Positions 56,414 through 64,000 of a stretch of DNA of 64,000 nucleotides are shown here, one piece after another. Made by a program: the position numbers and the translations under genes. The DNA comes from Bacteroidota bacterium (GTDB lineage Bacteria; Bacteroidota; Bacteroidia; Bacteroidales; UBA4417), in NCBI GenBank assembly GCA_013376995.1, contig JACAAZ010000015.1, forward strand, positions 47,695 through 111,694, given 5' to 3'. The notes beneath the pieces are model-generated. The model made no database searches, was not told where the DNA came from, and worked only from the letters and a program-made list of their open reading frames with translations. Positions within the stretch are counted from its first letter, which is position 1, and every line of letters begins with the position of its first letter.

Positions 56414-58465
56414 TTATTTACAAGGGTAGAAGAATCCACCTGGCAACAGGCGAATATCCAGTTCTTCTCCATTATTAAATTTCCCGGGGTCGAACTGATC
56501 GAGAACATTTACAGGCGCTGTAAATCCAAGAACCTTAAATTCTGTGCGGCGGTTGGCCTGCTGTTCCTCATCCGAACATTTCACTCCGTCGGCGCAGCGG
56601 TTGGTAAGCTGACGCTCTCCGTAACCCTTTGCTGTTATCCTGGAAGCGCTGATGCCCTGTGATACTATATAATCCACAGCGGATTGGGCACGGTTCTGTG
56701 AAAGCTTATCGTTGTATGTAAAGGAACCGCGGCTATCGGTATGTGATCCAAGCTCGACAGTAATTGAGTTTTCATTCATGATCTTGACCAGTTTGTCAAG
56801 TTCCGGTTTTGCATCTGCGCGGATATCGAATTTGTTGAAATCGTAGTAGATGTTATCAATTTTGAAGGTCTTGTTAACTTCAAGTTTGTCGAGTAACAGG
56901 TCGCGAGGGGCTGAAAGGGTTGTTCCCGGCTTGATCTCATCTATCTTAAATGGCTCACAGTCGGCAATGTATTTTGGCATCATTGCTTTAACCGTCAAAT
57001 CAGCAGGGCGATCAACCGGCAACTTATAGGATCCGTCAGGACCGGTTTTCAGAACATAAACTTTACCTCCATTAGGGTTATAGATGAAAACTGTAGCGCC
57101 CTCGAGAGGTTTACCGCTGGTTTTATCTTTAACAACACCTGCAATGTAGCTTGGTTCAGGTTTTACCTCGATCGGCTTGATGATTTCAGGTTCCTTGATA
57201 TCAAGTTTCCTGAAACCATAAATATCATCATTCCCTAAACCACCGGGGCGATTAGAGGAGAAGAAACCATTTTTTGCGCCAGGTGCGTAATTCATTGCAA
57301 AGTCATCAAAGGAACTATTGAGCGGCATTCCAAGGTTTGTTGGCTTTACCCATTTGTCCTTTTCGTGAGCTGCGCTGTAGATGTCCAATCCTCCATATCC
57401 GGGAAGGCCTTCAGAAGAATAAAGCAGCGTGCCATCTGATTGTATGGATGGAAACATTTCGTTGAATGGAGTATTAATTTCTGGCCCGAGGTTTACAGGT
57501 TTACCCCATCCTGAACCTTCCTTTTTGCAAATCCACAGATCCGTTCCTCCTTGTCCACCGGGCATATCAGAAACAAAGCACAACACATTACCATCAGGTG
57601 AAAGGGCAGGATGGCCGACTGAATAGTCAGGGTTATTGAGAAAGAAAGGTTCAAGGGAACTCCATTTGCCGTTAATTCCTGTAGCATAGTAGATCTTAAG
57701 CAGGTTAGTCCTTATCTTATCCTGTTTCTTAGCTTTATCGCGGAATGTGCGGGTAAAATACACTTCGTCATTGCCACGGAATGTGGCAGGGCCGTCGTGG
57801 AACGACTGGTTGAATTTCCCTTTGAAAGAAGCCGGCAATTTCATATCACCCCAGAATTCATTTGGGGCTTCGGGTTTGGAATCGAGGATATCCAGGTAGC
57901 CCCTGCCTGTCCAGCCATAATTATTTTCATCCACGTTTGTATTCCTGTCGGAAGCGAATACCAGTTCCCCTGCATAGAAAGACGGTCCGAAGTCGCTCTG
58001 GGGAGAATTAATATTGTTCACAATTTTAATTTCAAATCCAGGGACCTTCTTCTTCCAGGGCCCGGTAACTGTATCGCAATATGCCGCGAAGAGTTTTCCC
58101 CTATTGTCGGAGGGGTTCAATTGTGCATATTTCAAATACATATCACGGGCTTTACTGTAGTCGCCGGTTGTTCGGAGTGCCTGGGCATAAAAAAGGTACC
58201 ATTCCGGTTTTGCATTTGAGAGTTCAACAGCCTGGGCATACCAGGCCTTAGAGTTGAATACATCATTTTGCATCCGGTAGCATTCGGCAAGCAGGGGAAT
58301 TGCAGCATCATGATATTTCTGTTTTTCAACAGCCCTATTCAGGATATGCACGGCCCTGGAATAGTTGTATAATTTCATTTTTTTCTCTGCGCGCCTTGTT
58401 GGCTGGGCCATAGAAGTTATGGCAATCAAAAGTGCAGCAAATGAGAACAGGAAAATCTTTTTCAT
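56414..58465 (-). CDS. PorE-like protein: TPR + PD40/WD40-like beta-propeller + carboxypeptidase-regulatory-like domain + OmpA_C peptidoglycan-binding domain
   Basis: 683 aa with a signal peptide. TPR-like AECYRMQNDVFNSKAWYAQAVEL, YAQALRTTGDYSKARDMYLKYAQL. PD40-like GPSFYAGELVFASDR, PALSPDGNVLCFVSDMPGGQGGTDLW, PSIQSDGTLLYSSEGLPGYGGLDIY, FFSSNRPGGLGNDDIY. CRD-like IAGVVKDKTSGKPLEGATVFIYN...TGPDGSYKL. OmpA_C region IYYDFNKFDIR...LGSHTDSRGS..YN..LSQNRAQSAVDY...GI...RITAKGYGE. Confidence 0.8.
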   Translation of the reverse strand: MKKIFLFSFAALLIAITSMAQPTRRAEKKMKLYNYSRAVHILNRAVEKQKYHDAAIPLLAECYRMQNDVFNSKAWYAQAVELSNAKPEWYLFYAQALRTTGDYSKARDMYLKYAQLNPSDNRGKLFAAYCDTVTGPWKKKVPGFEIKIVNNINSPQSDFGPSFYAGELVFASDRNTNVDENNYGWTGRGYLDILDSKPEAPNEFWGDMKLPASFKGKFNQSFHDGPATFRGNDEVYFTRTFRDKAKKQDKIRTNLLKIYYATGINGKWSSLEPFFLNNPDYSVGHPALSPDGNVLCFVSDMPGGQGGTDLWICKKEGSGWGKPVNLGPEINTPFNEMFPSIQSDGTLLYSSEGLPGYGGLDIYSAAHEKDKWVKPTNLGMPLNSSFDDFAMNYAPGAKNGFFSSNRPGGLGNDDIYGFRKLDIKEPEIIKPIEVKPEPSYIAGVVKDKTSGKPLEGATVFIYNPNGGKVYVLKTGPDGSYKLPVDRPADLTVKAMMPKYIADCEPFKIDEIKPGTTLSAPRDLLLDKLEVNKTFKIDNIYYDFNKFDIRADAKPELDKLVKIMNENSITVELGSHTDSRGSFTYNDKLSQNRAQSAVDYIVSQGISASRITAKGYGERQLTNRCADGVKCSDEEQQANRRTEFKVLGFTAPVNVLDQFDPGKFNNGEELDIRLLPGGFFYPCK

Positions 58466-58559
58466 AACAATCGTATTTATGAAGGAGGAATCGTATGCTA
58501 ATTTTGAAAATAGTTAAGCGCAATCTATTATTAATACTGATAAAGGGAAAAGGTTACCC

Positions 58560-58580
58560 CTGCGGCTCTGTCTTCCGCAG
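58560..58580 (-). terminator. weak hairpin (possible attenuator) between PorP/SprF and the PorE-like gene
   Basis: 6-bp stem CTGCGG / CCGCAG with a 9-nt loop. On the minus strand it is followed by ggggtaaccttttcccttt. It is not a canonical terminator. Confidence 0.25.
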
Positions 58581-58599
58581 AGAACTCTTTTATTCCCAT

Positions 58600-59517
58600 T
58601 TAGAAGTACCTCGGTGTCAGCATCCTGTTATGAAAGATGTCGAAATCGAATCCAAGGCGGATTTCGTGTGAACCTTTATTATAGGCCTGGATTTCATTGA
58701 ACCAGATATCATAGGAATAACCCAACCGGATATTATCCGTAAGCTGGAACTCCGTCATAAGGGAAAGGGCTTTTTCTGTCCTGTAAGAGGCTCCCAGCCA
58801 GAAAGTTTTTGATATCAGGAAACTTGCATTCAGGTCCATCTGGGGCGGTGCATTCTGGACAAATTTCACCAATACAGAGGGCCTGAAAACCAGTCCATCA
58901 GTTACATTGAAAGCTGCACCGGCCATGCCATAGAAATGCCGAAGAAGCTTGGTGAATTCATCCTTCCCATTCACCGTAACCATGCTCATCTGGTTCTGTA
59001 GTAACTGTTTAGATGAAAAGCCAAAGTAATATTTTTTGGAATAGTAGTAGATCCCAAAATTGGCATCGGGAACCGCCCTATTCTTAATATGGGAGTGAAG
59101 ATTGGGATCTTCAAGATCGTAGGAACTTACTCTTGACCAAAGAATATCCGCATACTTGACCCCTGCCTGGAGCCCGAAGCAAAGCTTGCTAGTCGGGAAT
59201 AAAATGCGGTAGGCAAAGGTTGCAAGCGCTCCCTGATTGATCGTGGCACCGATGGCATCACTATACACGTTCAGGCCAAGACCGATATGCTGATTTCGCA
59301 AGGGTGTATGAATGGATGCATTAAGGGTTTGAGGTGCCCCGTCAATATTCACCCATTGGTAGCGATAAATGGCATCAACGGTAAATACTTCACGGCTTCC
59401 CGCATAGGCAGGGTTCATGGCCATTTTATTGAACATGTACTGACTGAACAGAGGATCCTGCTGGGCGAACACACCGGTTGCCATTACTATCAGCAGAACA
59501 GTCATTAACTTTTTCAT
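58600..59517 (-). CDS. PorP/SprF-family type IX secretion system membrane protein (paralog of 9920..10837)
   Basis: QQDPLFSQYMFNKMAMNPAYAG, YRYQWVNIDGAPQT, PDANFGIYYYSKKYYFGFS, HEIRLGFDFD. The start was moved to the ATG at 59517 (MKKLMTVLLIV...), which gives a normal signal peptide. Confidence 0.9.
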   Translation of the reverse strand: MKKLMTVLLIVMATGVFAQQDPLFSQYMFNKMAMNPAYAGSREVFTVDAIYRYQWVNIDGAPQTLNASIHTPLRNQHIGLGLNVYSDAIGATINQGALATFAYRILFPTSKLCFGLQAGVKYADILWSRVSSYDLEDPNLHSHIKNRAVPDANFGIYYYSKKYYFGFSSKQLLQNQMSMVTVNGKDEFTKLLRHFYGMAGAAFNVTDGLVFRPSVLVKFVQNAPPQMDLNASFLISKTFWLGASYRTEKALSLMTEFQLTDNIRLGYSYDIWFNEIQAYNKGSHEIRLGFDFDIFHNRMLTPRYF

Positions 59518-59567
59518 TGTATTGAATTTTATTTTATTGCTTTTATAGTCGTTGTCTGTAGTTCGTT

Positions 59568-59616
59568 GCAAGTAGTTGTTATTCGTAGTCTAAGACTACG
59601 AATAACAACTACTTGC
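59568..59616 (-). promoter_or_regulatory. perfect 23-bp inverted repeat (3-nt spacer) in the adhesin to PorP/SprF intercistronic gap; function unknown
   Basis: GCAAGTAGTTGTTATTCGTAGTC (59568-59590), TAA, GACTACGAATAACAACTACTTGC (59594-59616). The arms are exact reverse complements. It starts 5 nt after the adhesin stop codon. No U-tract follows on the transcribed strand. Confidence 0.7.
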
Positions 59617-59621
59617 ATTGC

Positions 59622-62600
59622 TTATCTGGATGCAGCCTGCAGCAGAATCCAACCGGTACGTGTTCCAACATTCTTCACTTCAAGGATGTAGAAGTAAGTA
59701 CCATCAGGAACAGCTTTGTCATGTTCATTCTTTCCGTCCCAGGCGCGGCTTGTGTTATTGTATCCGTCAAATTCGCGGATCTTGTCACCCCAGCGGTTGA
59801 ATATGAGAACCGTATTATCAGGATACTTTTCAATTCCCCTGATCTTCCAGGTATCATTGCTTCCATCACCGTTTGGTGTTAGTGCATTGTAAAGGGTAAG
59901 GTCGTTGATGTCAGGCTGTTTCACGTGGATGAGTACCGTAGTATCGGAACATCTTACGGGCTGGCCGTTATCACAAACCTGGTAGCAGAATTCATCATCA
60001 CCTTCAAAGTCGGAATATGGCGTATAGGTGATGGTATTGTCGGAGTTCAGGACAATGATACCGTGTGATGGATATCCACAGAAAGTTACTGTGAGATGAT
60101 CGCCATCCGGGTTAAGGTCATTGGCCAGTACATTGATAGTAACAGGACCGTTCACAATCGTTGTATCGCGATCCCCAACTGCTGTTGGTCCAGGATTAAC
60201 ATTTCCAAGGGTAATCATAACCTCGTCACTGCTGGAACAACCGGTTGAAAGGTCAAGTACCGTGAGCGTGAATGTTTGTGAGCTATTCAGAGCTTCAGTT
60301 TCAGGATTCTTAACAGTTGCATTGATCAGCAGGTTTTCAGGCTGCCAGCTCCATGCGTAGAATCCGGATCCCTCAGTTGCAGAACCGTCGAGCATCGTAC
60401 TTGCGCCTGTCGGAATTGTTTGGTCAACACCGGCATTGGCAACTACACTCTTGTAAACGGTTATGATCATCTGGTCTGTTACTGTAGCATTTGAACAAGC
60501 CGAGTTACCCTTAACCGTCATGGTTAGTGTTACCTCGCCAGTAAAGCCAGCAGCCGGTGTATAGGTAGGGTTGAGGGAGGATGTACCACTCAGTGTTCCT
60601 GCTGTTTCGGGTGTCAATGTCCAGTTTATGGTGTTGTAGTAGGATGCAGCTGTTCCCTTGAGCATATAGGATGAACCTTCGCAGGTTGCTCCGTCGCTTC
60701 CGGCATCTGCCATCGGGCTGTGGATGAGAGAGAGCATCAGCTGATCACTAACATCTGCACAAGGTGCCATTCCGTGGATACTCATTGTCAGGACTACCAT
60801 TCCGGTGGAAACATCCGTTGCACTTGGAGTATATACCGGGTTCAGGACGGTTGCATCGTTAAATGTACCTGTACCATTGGTTGTCCAGAGAATTGAGCTG
60901 TAGTTCTGTGCTGTAGCACCGGCTACCTGGATTGGTGCATTTTCGCAGGTTGCAAGGTCACTTCCGGCATTGGCAACTGCTGATGGATTTACTGCCAGTA
61001 TCATCTGGTCGCTTACAGAGCCGCATGGAGCTGTTCCGGTTGCTGTCAGGGTCAGGGTTACGTTTCCTGATTCACCAACAGCCGGTACATAGGTAGGTGT
61101 AAGGGTGTTGGAAGCATTCAACGTACCGGCTCCGGTGTGGGTCCACTGGATAGCTGTGGAACCGCTGACAGTAGCATTGCTGATGGTGTAAGGCATGTTG
61201 CTGCATGTAACTTCGTCCGGTCCTGCACTAACTATCGGCGCTGTAAATATCGACAGTGTCATGCTATCTGCAACTGCTGAACAAGGAGGTGCTCCATTGA
61301 CAATCAGCTTGAGCATCACGCTTCCTGCGTTCACATCCGTAATACTTGGAGTATAGATTGCATGAAGCAGGGAGGCATTGTTAAATGTACCGGTTCCTGA
61401 GCTTATCCATTGCAAGGTGGCGATGCCAGATGCACTTGAAGCAGCAAGAGTGAATGGATTAACGCCGCAGTTGGAAGCGTTCGGACCGGCATCAACCGTT
61501 GGCTGTGGATGGATTGTGATAGCCATGGCATCACTCTGGCTACCGCAAACAGGAGTACCTGAAACAGTAAGCGTTAGGGTGACTACACCGGTTTCACCTG
61601 GTGCTGGTGTATAGGTTGGTGCCAGGGTTGTGTCGTTGGTTAGCACGCCTGAACCGTTATGTGTCCACAAAATGGCGGTGTAATGCGCTGCTGTAGCATC
61701 CGATACCGTATAGGCTGTACCTTCGCAGACTTCCACATCTGCCCCGGCATTAGCGACAGGTGCACGACGGATGATAAGCATCATGTCATCGCTTGCCGTT
61801 CCGCAAGGAGCATTTCCTGTTGAAGTAATTGTCAGCACGACGCTGCCGTTCAGGATATCACTTGCACTTGGTGTATAAGTAGGATGCAGGGCTGTCGGGT
61901 TACTGAAATAACCGGTACCACTGGTAGTCCACATCAGGTTGGTGTAATATCCGGCCCAGGCTGTATTCGGAATGAATGCTTCGCCTTCGCAGATGGAATC
62001 ATCATTACCTGCGGATGCAATAGGTGCAGGATAGATAAGGATATCCATAGCATCAACCACATTCGAACAAGGAGCATCGCCATAAGCTGTAAGGGTTAAG
62101 GTGATGTTACCAGTTTCCGTAGTGAGTGGTATATACGTAGGACTGATGGTGTTGGCGTTATTCAGGATACCAAGGCCATTGGTTGTCCACTGCAGTGAGG
62201 TATAATACTGAGCTGTTGCAGCTGTGACGGTAAAGCCATTTGAACCTTCGCATAGTGTGGCATCCGGCCCAGCTGTAGCAAGAGCGGCACGGTGGATAAA
62301 CAGTTGCATGCTGTCAATTGAAGCAGAACATGGGCCGTTACTGTAGGCTGACAATACCAGGTATACAAATCCGTTCACAACATCTGACTGTGATGGAACA
62401 TATACCGGGTGCAATGCACCTGCATTGTTGAAGGTTCCGGTTCCAGAGGTGCTCCAGATAAGCGTGCTGAAATTGTTAGCAGTTGAAGCAGACAAGGTAT
62501 AAGATGAACCTTCACAAATTGTATCATTCGGACCGGCAAAAGCAGTCGGTAAAGCATAGATATGAATTACCATCTGGTCGGTAGCCGGGATACAAGGTGC

Positions 62601-64000
62601 AGCAGAAGCAGCAGTCATGGTAAGGGTTACATCACCTGTTTCACTGGCTGCAGGCAAGTAAGTAGGTGTAAGCGTTGTTGCACCTGTCAATGTACCTGTT
62701 CCATTATGAGTCCAGAGGATGGATGTAGCATAGCTCTGAGCTGCACCGCTAACTGTGTATGAAGATCCCTGGCAGAGTGATGCGTCAGGACCGGCATTTA
62801 CAATTGCCTGGTGCGAAATTGTGAGAGTCATGTTATCACTGATATCTCCGCAAGGGGCAATACCTGCAGCGGTTAATGTCAGTACAACAGATCCGTTCAG
62901 AATATCGCTGGCACTAGGTACATAAGTAGGATGCAAGCCGGTAGGATTGTTGAACATACCTTCTCCTGAAGTGGTCCACAGCAGTGAGCTATAGTTGGAT
63001 GCAGAGGAGGTTGTTAAGGTATAAGCCGAAGTTTCGCAGATAGCATCATCCTGGCCGGCACTAACAATGACTCCTGAATTGATATGGAGTGTCATCTGGT
63101 CTGATACCGGTGAACAGGGGAATGCTGATGTACCTGAGATGGTAAGGATCACATCTCCTGTTTCACCAGTACCCGGTGTATAAACCGGAGTAAGAGTGTT
63201 TGCACCAGTGAGAGTGCCTGTTCCATTAGATGTCCAGTTGATGGTAGTGGCGTATTGTGCAGTTGCAGCACTCATTGTAAAGGTTGTACCCTGGCAGATA
63301 GTCATATCAGGCCCGGCGTTTACAATAGCCTGGCGTGAGATATGGAGAACCATAACATCAGAAGCACTAACACATGGTGCTGAAGATGTTGCTGTAAGAG
63401 TCAGGGTTACGAAACCATCAAGGATATCATTAGGACTAGGTGTATAAACCGGGTTGAGCGCAGTTGGATTACTGAAGATACCGGTACCGGTGGTTGTCCA
63501 GTGGTAGGAGGTAGCATACTGGGCAGTAGCTCCAATCAGCGGATAGTTTCCTGTTTCGCAGATTGCGGCATCAGCACCGGCATTAACTAGAGCCTGGCGG
63601 TTAATGATCAGCACCATAGCATCCACAGCACTGATACATGGGGCTGTTGAGCCGGCTGTAACCGTGAGGGTAACACTTCCGGCAGCAATATCTGTTGCAC
63701 CTGGTGTATAGGTAGGATGTAAGAGTGTTGCATCATTGAATGTTCCGTTTCCGCTTGTTGTCCAGAGGTATGTGGTGGCATACTGGGCAGAAGACCCGGT
63801 AATGGTATAGTTCCCTGCAGATTCACAGATGGTGGCATTAGAGCCTGCATCTACAATAGCCTGGCGGTTGATATTCAATACCATGGCATCGCTGACGGTA
63901 GCACAAGGTGAGGCTGGAGTTACTGTCAATGTAAGGGTTACCGTTCCATTCAGGATGTCCGCAGCACTTGGGCTATAAACCGGGTTGAGGGCTGCAGCAT
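59622..64000 (-). CDS. giant T9SS cargo / adhesin-like protein, N-terminus outside the window: at least 14 copies of the ~88-aa two-Cys module, a cadherin/Ig-like domain, C-terminal T9SS type B sorting domain
   Basis: The frame stays open to base 64000, so the ATG at 63929 in the track is internal. Modules follow .NAG.D..ICE......L........Y....WTT.GTG.F.N...L.P.Y.PS..D...G.V.LTLT.....PC....D.M.L.I. Ig/cadherin-like VGDRDTTIVNGPVTINVLANDLNPDGDHLTV...TITYTP. C-terminus YNALTPNGDGSNDTWKIRGIEKYPDNTVLIFNRWGDKIREF...WDGKNEHDKAVPDGTYFYIL. Confidence 0.9.
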   Translation of the reverse strand, partial: AAALNPVYSPSAADILNGTVTLTLTVTPASPCATVSDAMVLNINRQAIVDAGSNATICESAGNYTITGSSAQYATTYLWTTSGNGTFNDATLLHPTYTPGATDIAAGSVTLTVTAGSTAPCISAVDAMVLIINRQALVNAGADAAICETGNYPLIGATAQYATSYHWTTTGTGIFSNPTALNPVYTPSPNDILDGFVTLTLTATSSAPCVSASDVMVLHISRQAIVNAGPDMTICQGTTFTMSAATAQYATTINWTSNGTGTLTGANTLTPVYTPGTGETGDVILTISGTSAFPCSPVSDQMTLHINSGVIVSAGQDDAICETSAYTLTTSSASNYSSLLWTTSGEGMFNNPTGLHPTYVPSASDILNGSVVLTLTAAGIAPCGDISDNMTLTISHQAIVNAGPDASLCQGSSYTVSGAAQSYATSILWTHNGTGTLTGATTLTPTYLPAASETGDVTLTMTAASAAPCIPATDQMVIHIYALPTAFAGPNDTICEGSSYTLSASTANNFSTLIWSTSGTGTFNNAGALHPVYVPSQSDVVNGFVYLVLSAYSNGPCSASIDSMQLFIHRAALATAGPDATLCEGSNGFTVTAATAQYYTSLQWTTNGLGILNNANTISPTYIPLTTETGNITLTLTAYGDAPCSNVVDAMDILIYPAPIASAGNDDSICEGEAFIPNTAWAGYYTNLMWTTSGTGYFSNPTALHPTYTPSASDILNGSVVLTITSTGNAPCGTASDDMMLIIRRAPVANAGADVEVCEGTAYTVSDATAAHYTAILWTHNGSGVLTNDTTLAPTYTPAPGETGVVTLTLTVSGTPVCGSQSDAMAITIHPQPTVDAGPNASNCGVNPFTLAASSASGIATLQWISSGTGTFNNASLLHAIYTPSITDVNAGSVMLKLIVNGAPPCSAVADSMTLSIFTAPIVSAGPDEVTCSNMPYTISNATVSGSTAIQWTHTGAGTLNASNTLTPTYVPAVGESGNVTLTLTATGTAPCGSVSDQMILAVNPSAVANAGSDLATCENAPIQVAGATAQNYSSILWTTNGTGTFNDATVLNPVYTPSATDVSTGMVVLTMSIHGMAPCADVSDQLMLSLIHSPMADAGSDGATCEGSSYMLKGTAASYYNTINWTLTPETAGTLSGTSSLNPTYTPAAGFTGEVTLTMTVKGNSACSNATVTDQMIITVYKSVVANAGVDQTIPTGASTMLDGSATEGSGFYAWSWQPENLLINATVKNPETEALNSSQTFTLTVLDLSTGCSSSDEVMITLGNVNPGPTAVGDRDTTIVNGPVTINVLANDLNPDGDHLTVTFCGYPSHGIIVLNSDNTITYTPYSDFEGDDEFCYQVCDNGQPVRCSDTTVLIHVKQPDINDLTLYNALTPNGDGSNDTWKIRGIEKYPDNTVLIFNRWGDKIREFDGYNNTSRAWDGKNEHDKAVPDGTYFYILEVKNVGTRTGWILLQAASR

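Noticed and set aside
1-64000. Prophage, integrative element, defence island or toxin-antitoxin modules.
   Set aside because: No integrase, transposase, recombinase, reverse transcriptase, nuclease-ATPase pair or phage structural gene is recognisable in any frame. I found no flanking direct repeats around the tRNA.

Overview
This 64-kb window looks like chromosomal DNA from a Bacteroidota-type organism. The evidence is type IX secretion (T9SS) cargo with type A and type B C-terminal sorting domains, two PorP/SprF genes, a TonB-dependent receptor with an N-terminal carboxypeptidase-regulatory-like domain, and TAnnTTTG -7 promoter motifs just upstream of several start codons. I found no integrase, transposase, CRISPR array or phage genes.

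Layout of the window:
- 1-9.5 kb: housekeeping genes. These are a beta-propeller sensor kinase with a LytTR regulator, queG, ruvB, two tandem-USP genes flanking a SPOR gene, and fbaA.
- 9.6-9.8 kb: tRNA-Arg(CCG) preceded by a decayed tRNA-like copy.
- 9.9-16.7 kb: a PorP/SprF gene plus a 1935-aa type-B-CTD repeat adhesin.
- 17.5-19.3 kb: cstA.
- 21.5-26.0 kb: a four-gene same-strand cluster. It encodes a stand-alone TiaS-kinase-domain-like protein, a polytopic membrane protein, a predicted surface lipoprotein and a TonB-dependent receptor. This is the candidate I rate highest as an undescribed system.
- 29.1-34.4 kb: a minus-strand array in which ispB and ubiX bracket four envelope or secreted proteins.
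- 36.6-39.4 kb: nrdJ.
- 40.7-44.0 kb: an 1100-aa outer-membrane protein.
- 44.2-56.0 kb: a run of 16-17 small plus-strand genes, mostly membrane, redox, detoxification or hypothetical.
- 56.4-64.0 kb: a second T9SS module. It has a type-B-CTD adhesin (cut by the window edge), PorP/SprF and a PorE-like TPR/PD40/CRD/OmpA protein, with a perfect 23-bp inverted repeat between adhesin and PorP/SprF.

Other oddities are an in-frame TGA splitting a CxxC...CxxC zinc ribbon, three intergenic repeat or low-complexity elements, and a 764-nt non-coding gap.

All homology calls come from motif recognition by eye and from memory. No searches or folding programs were run. CDS coordinates come from the supplied ORF track, with some starts moved to internal ATGs.
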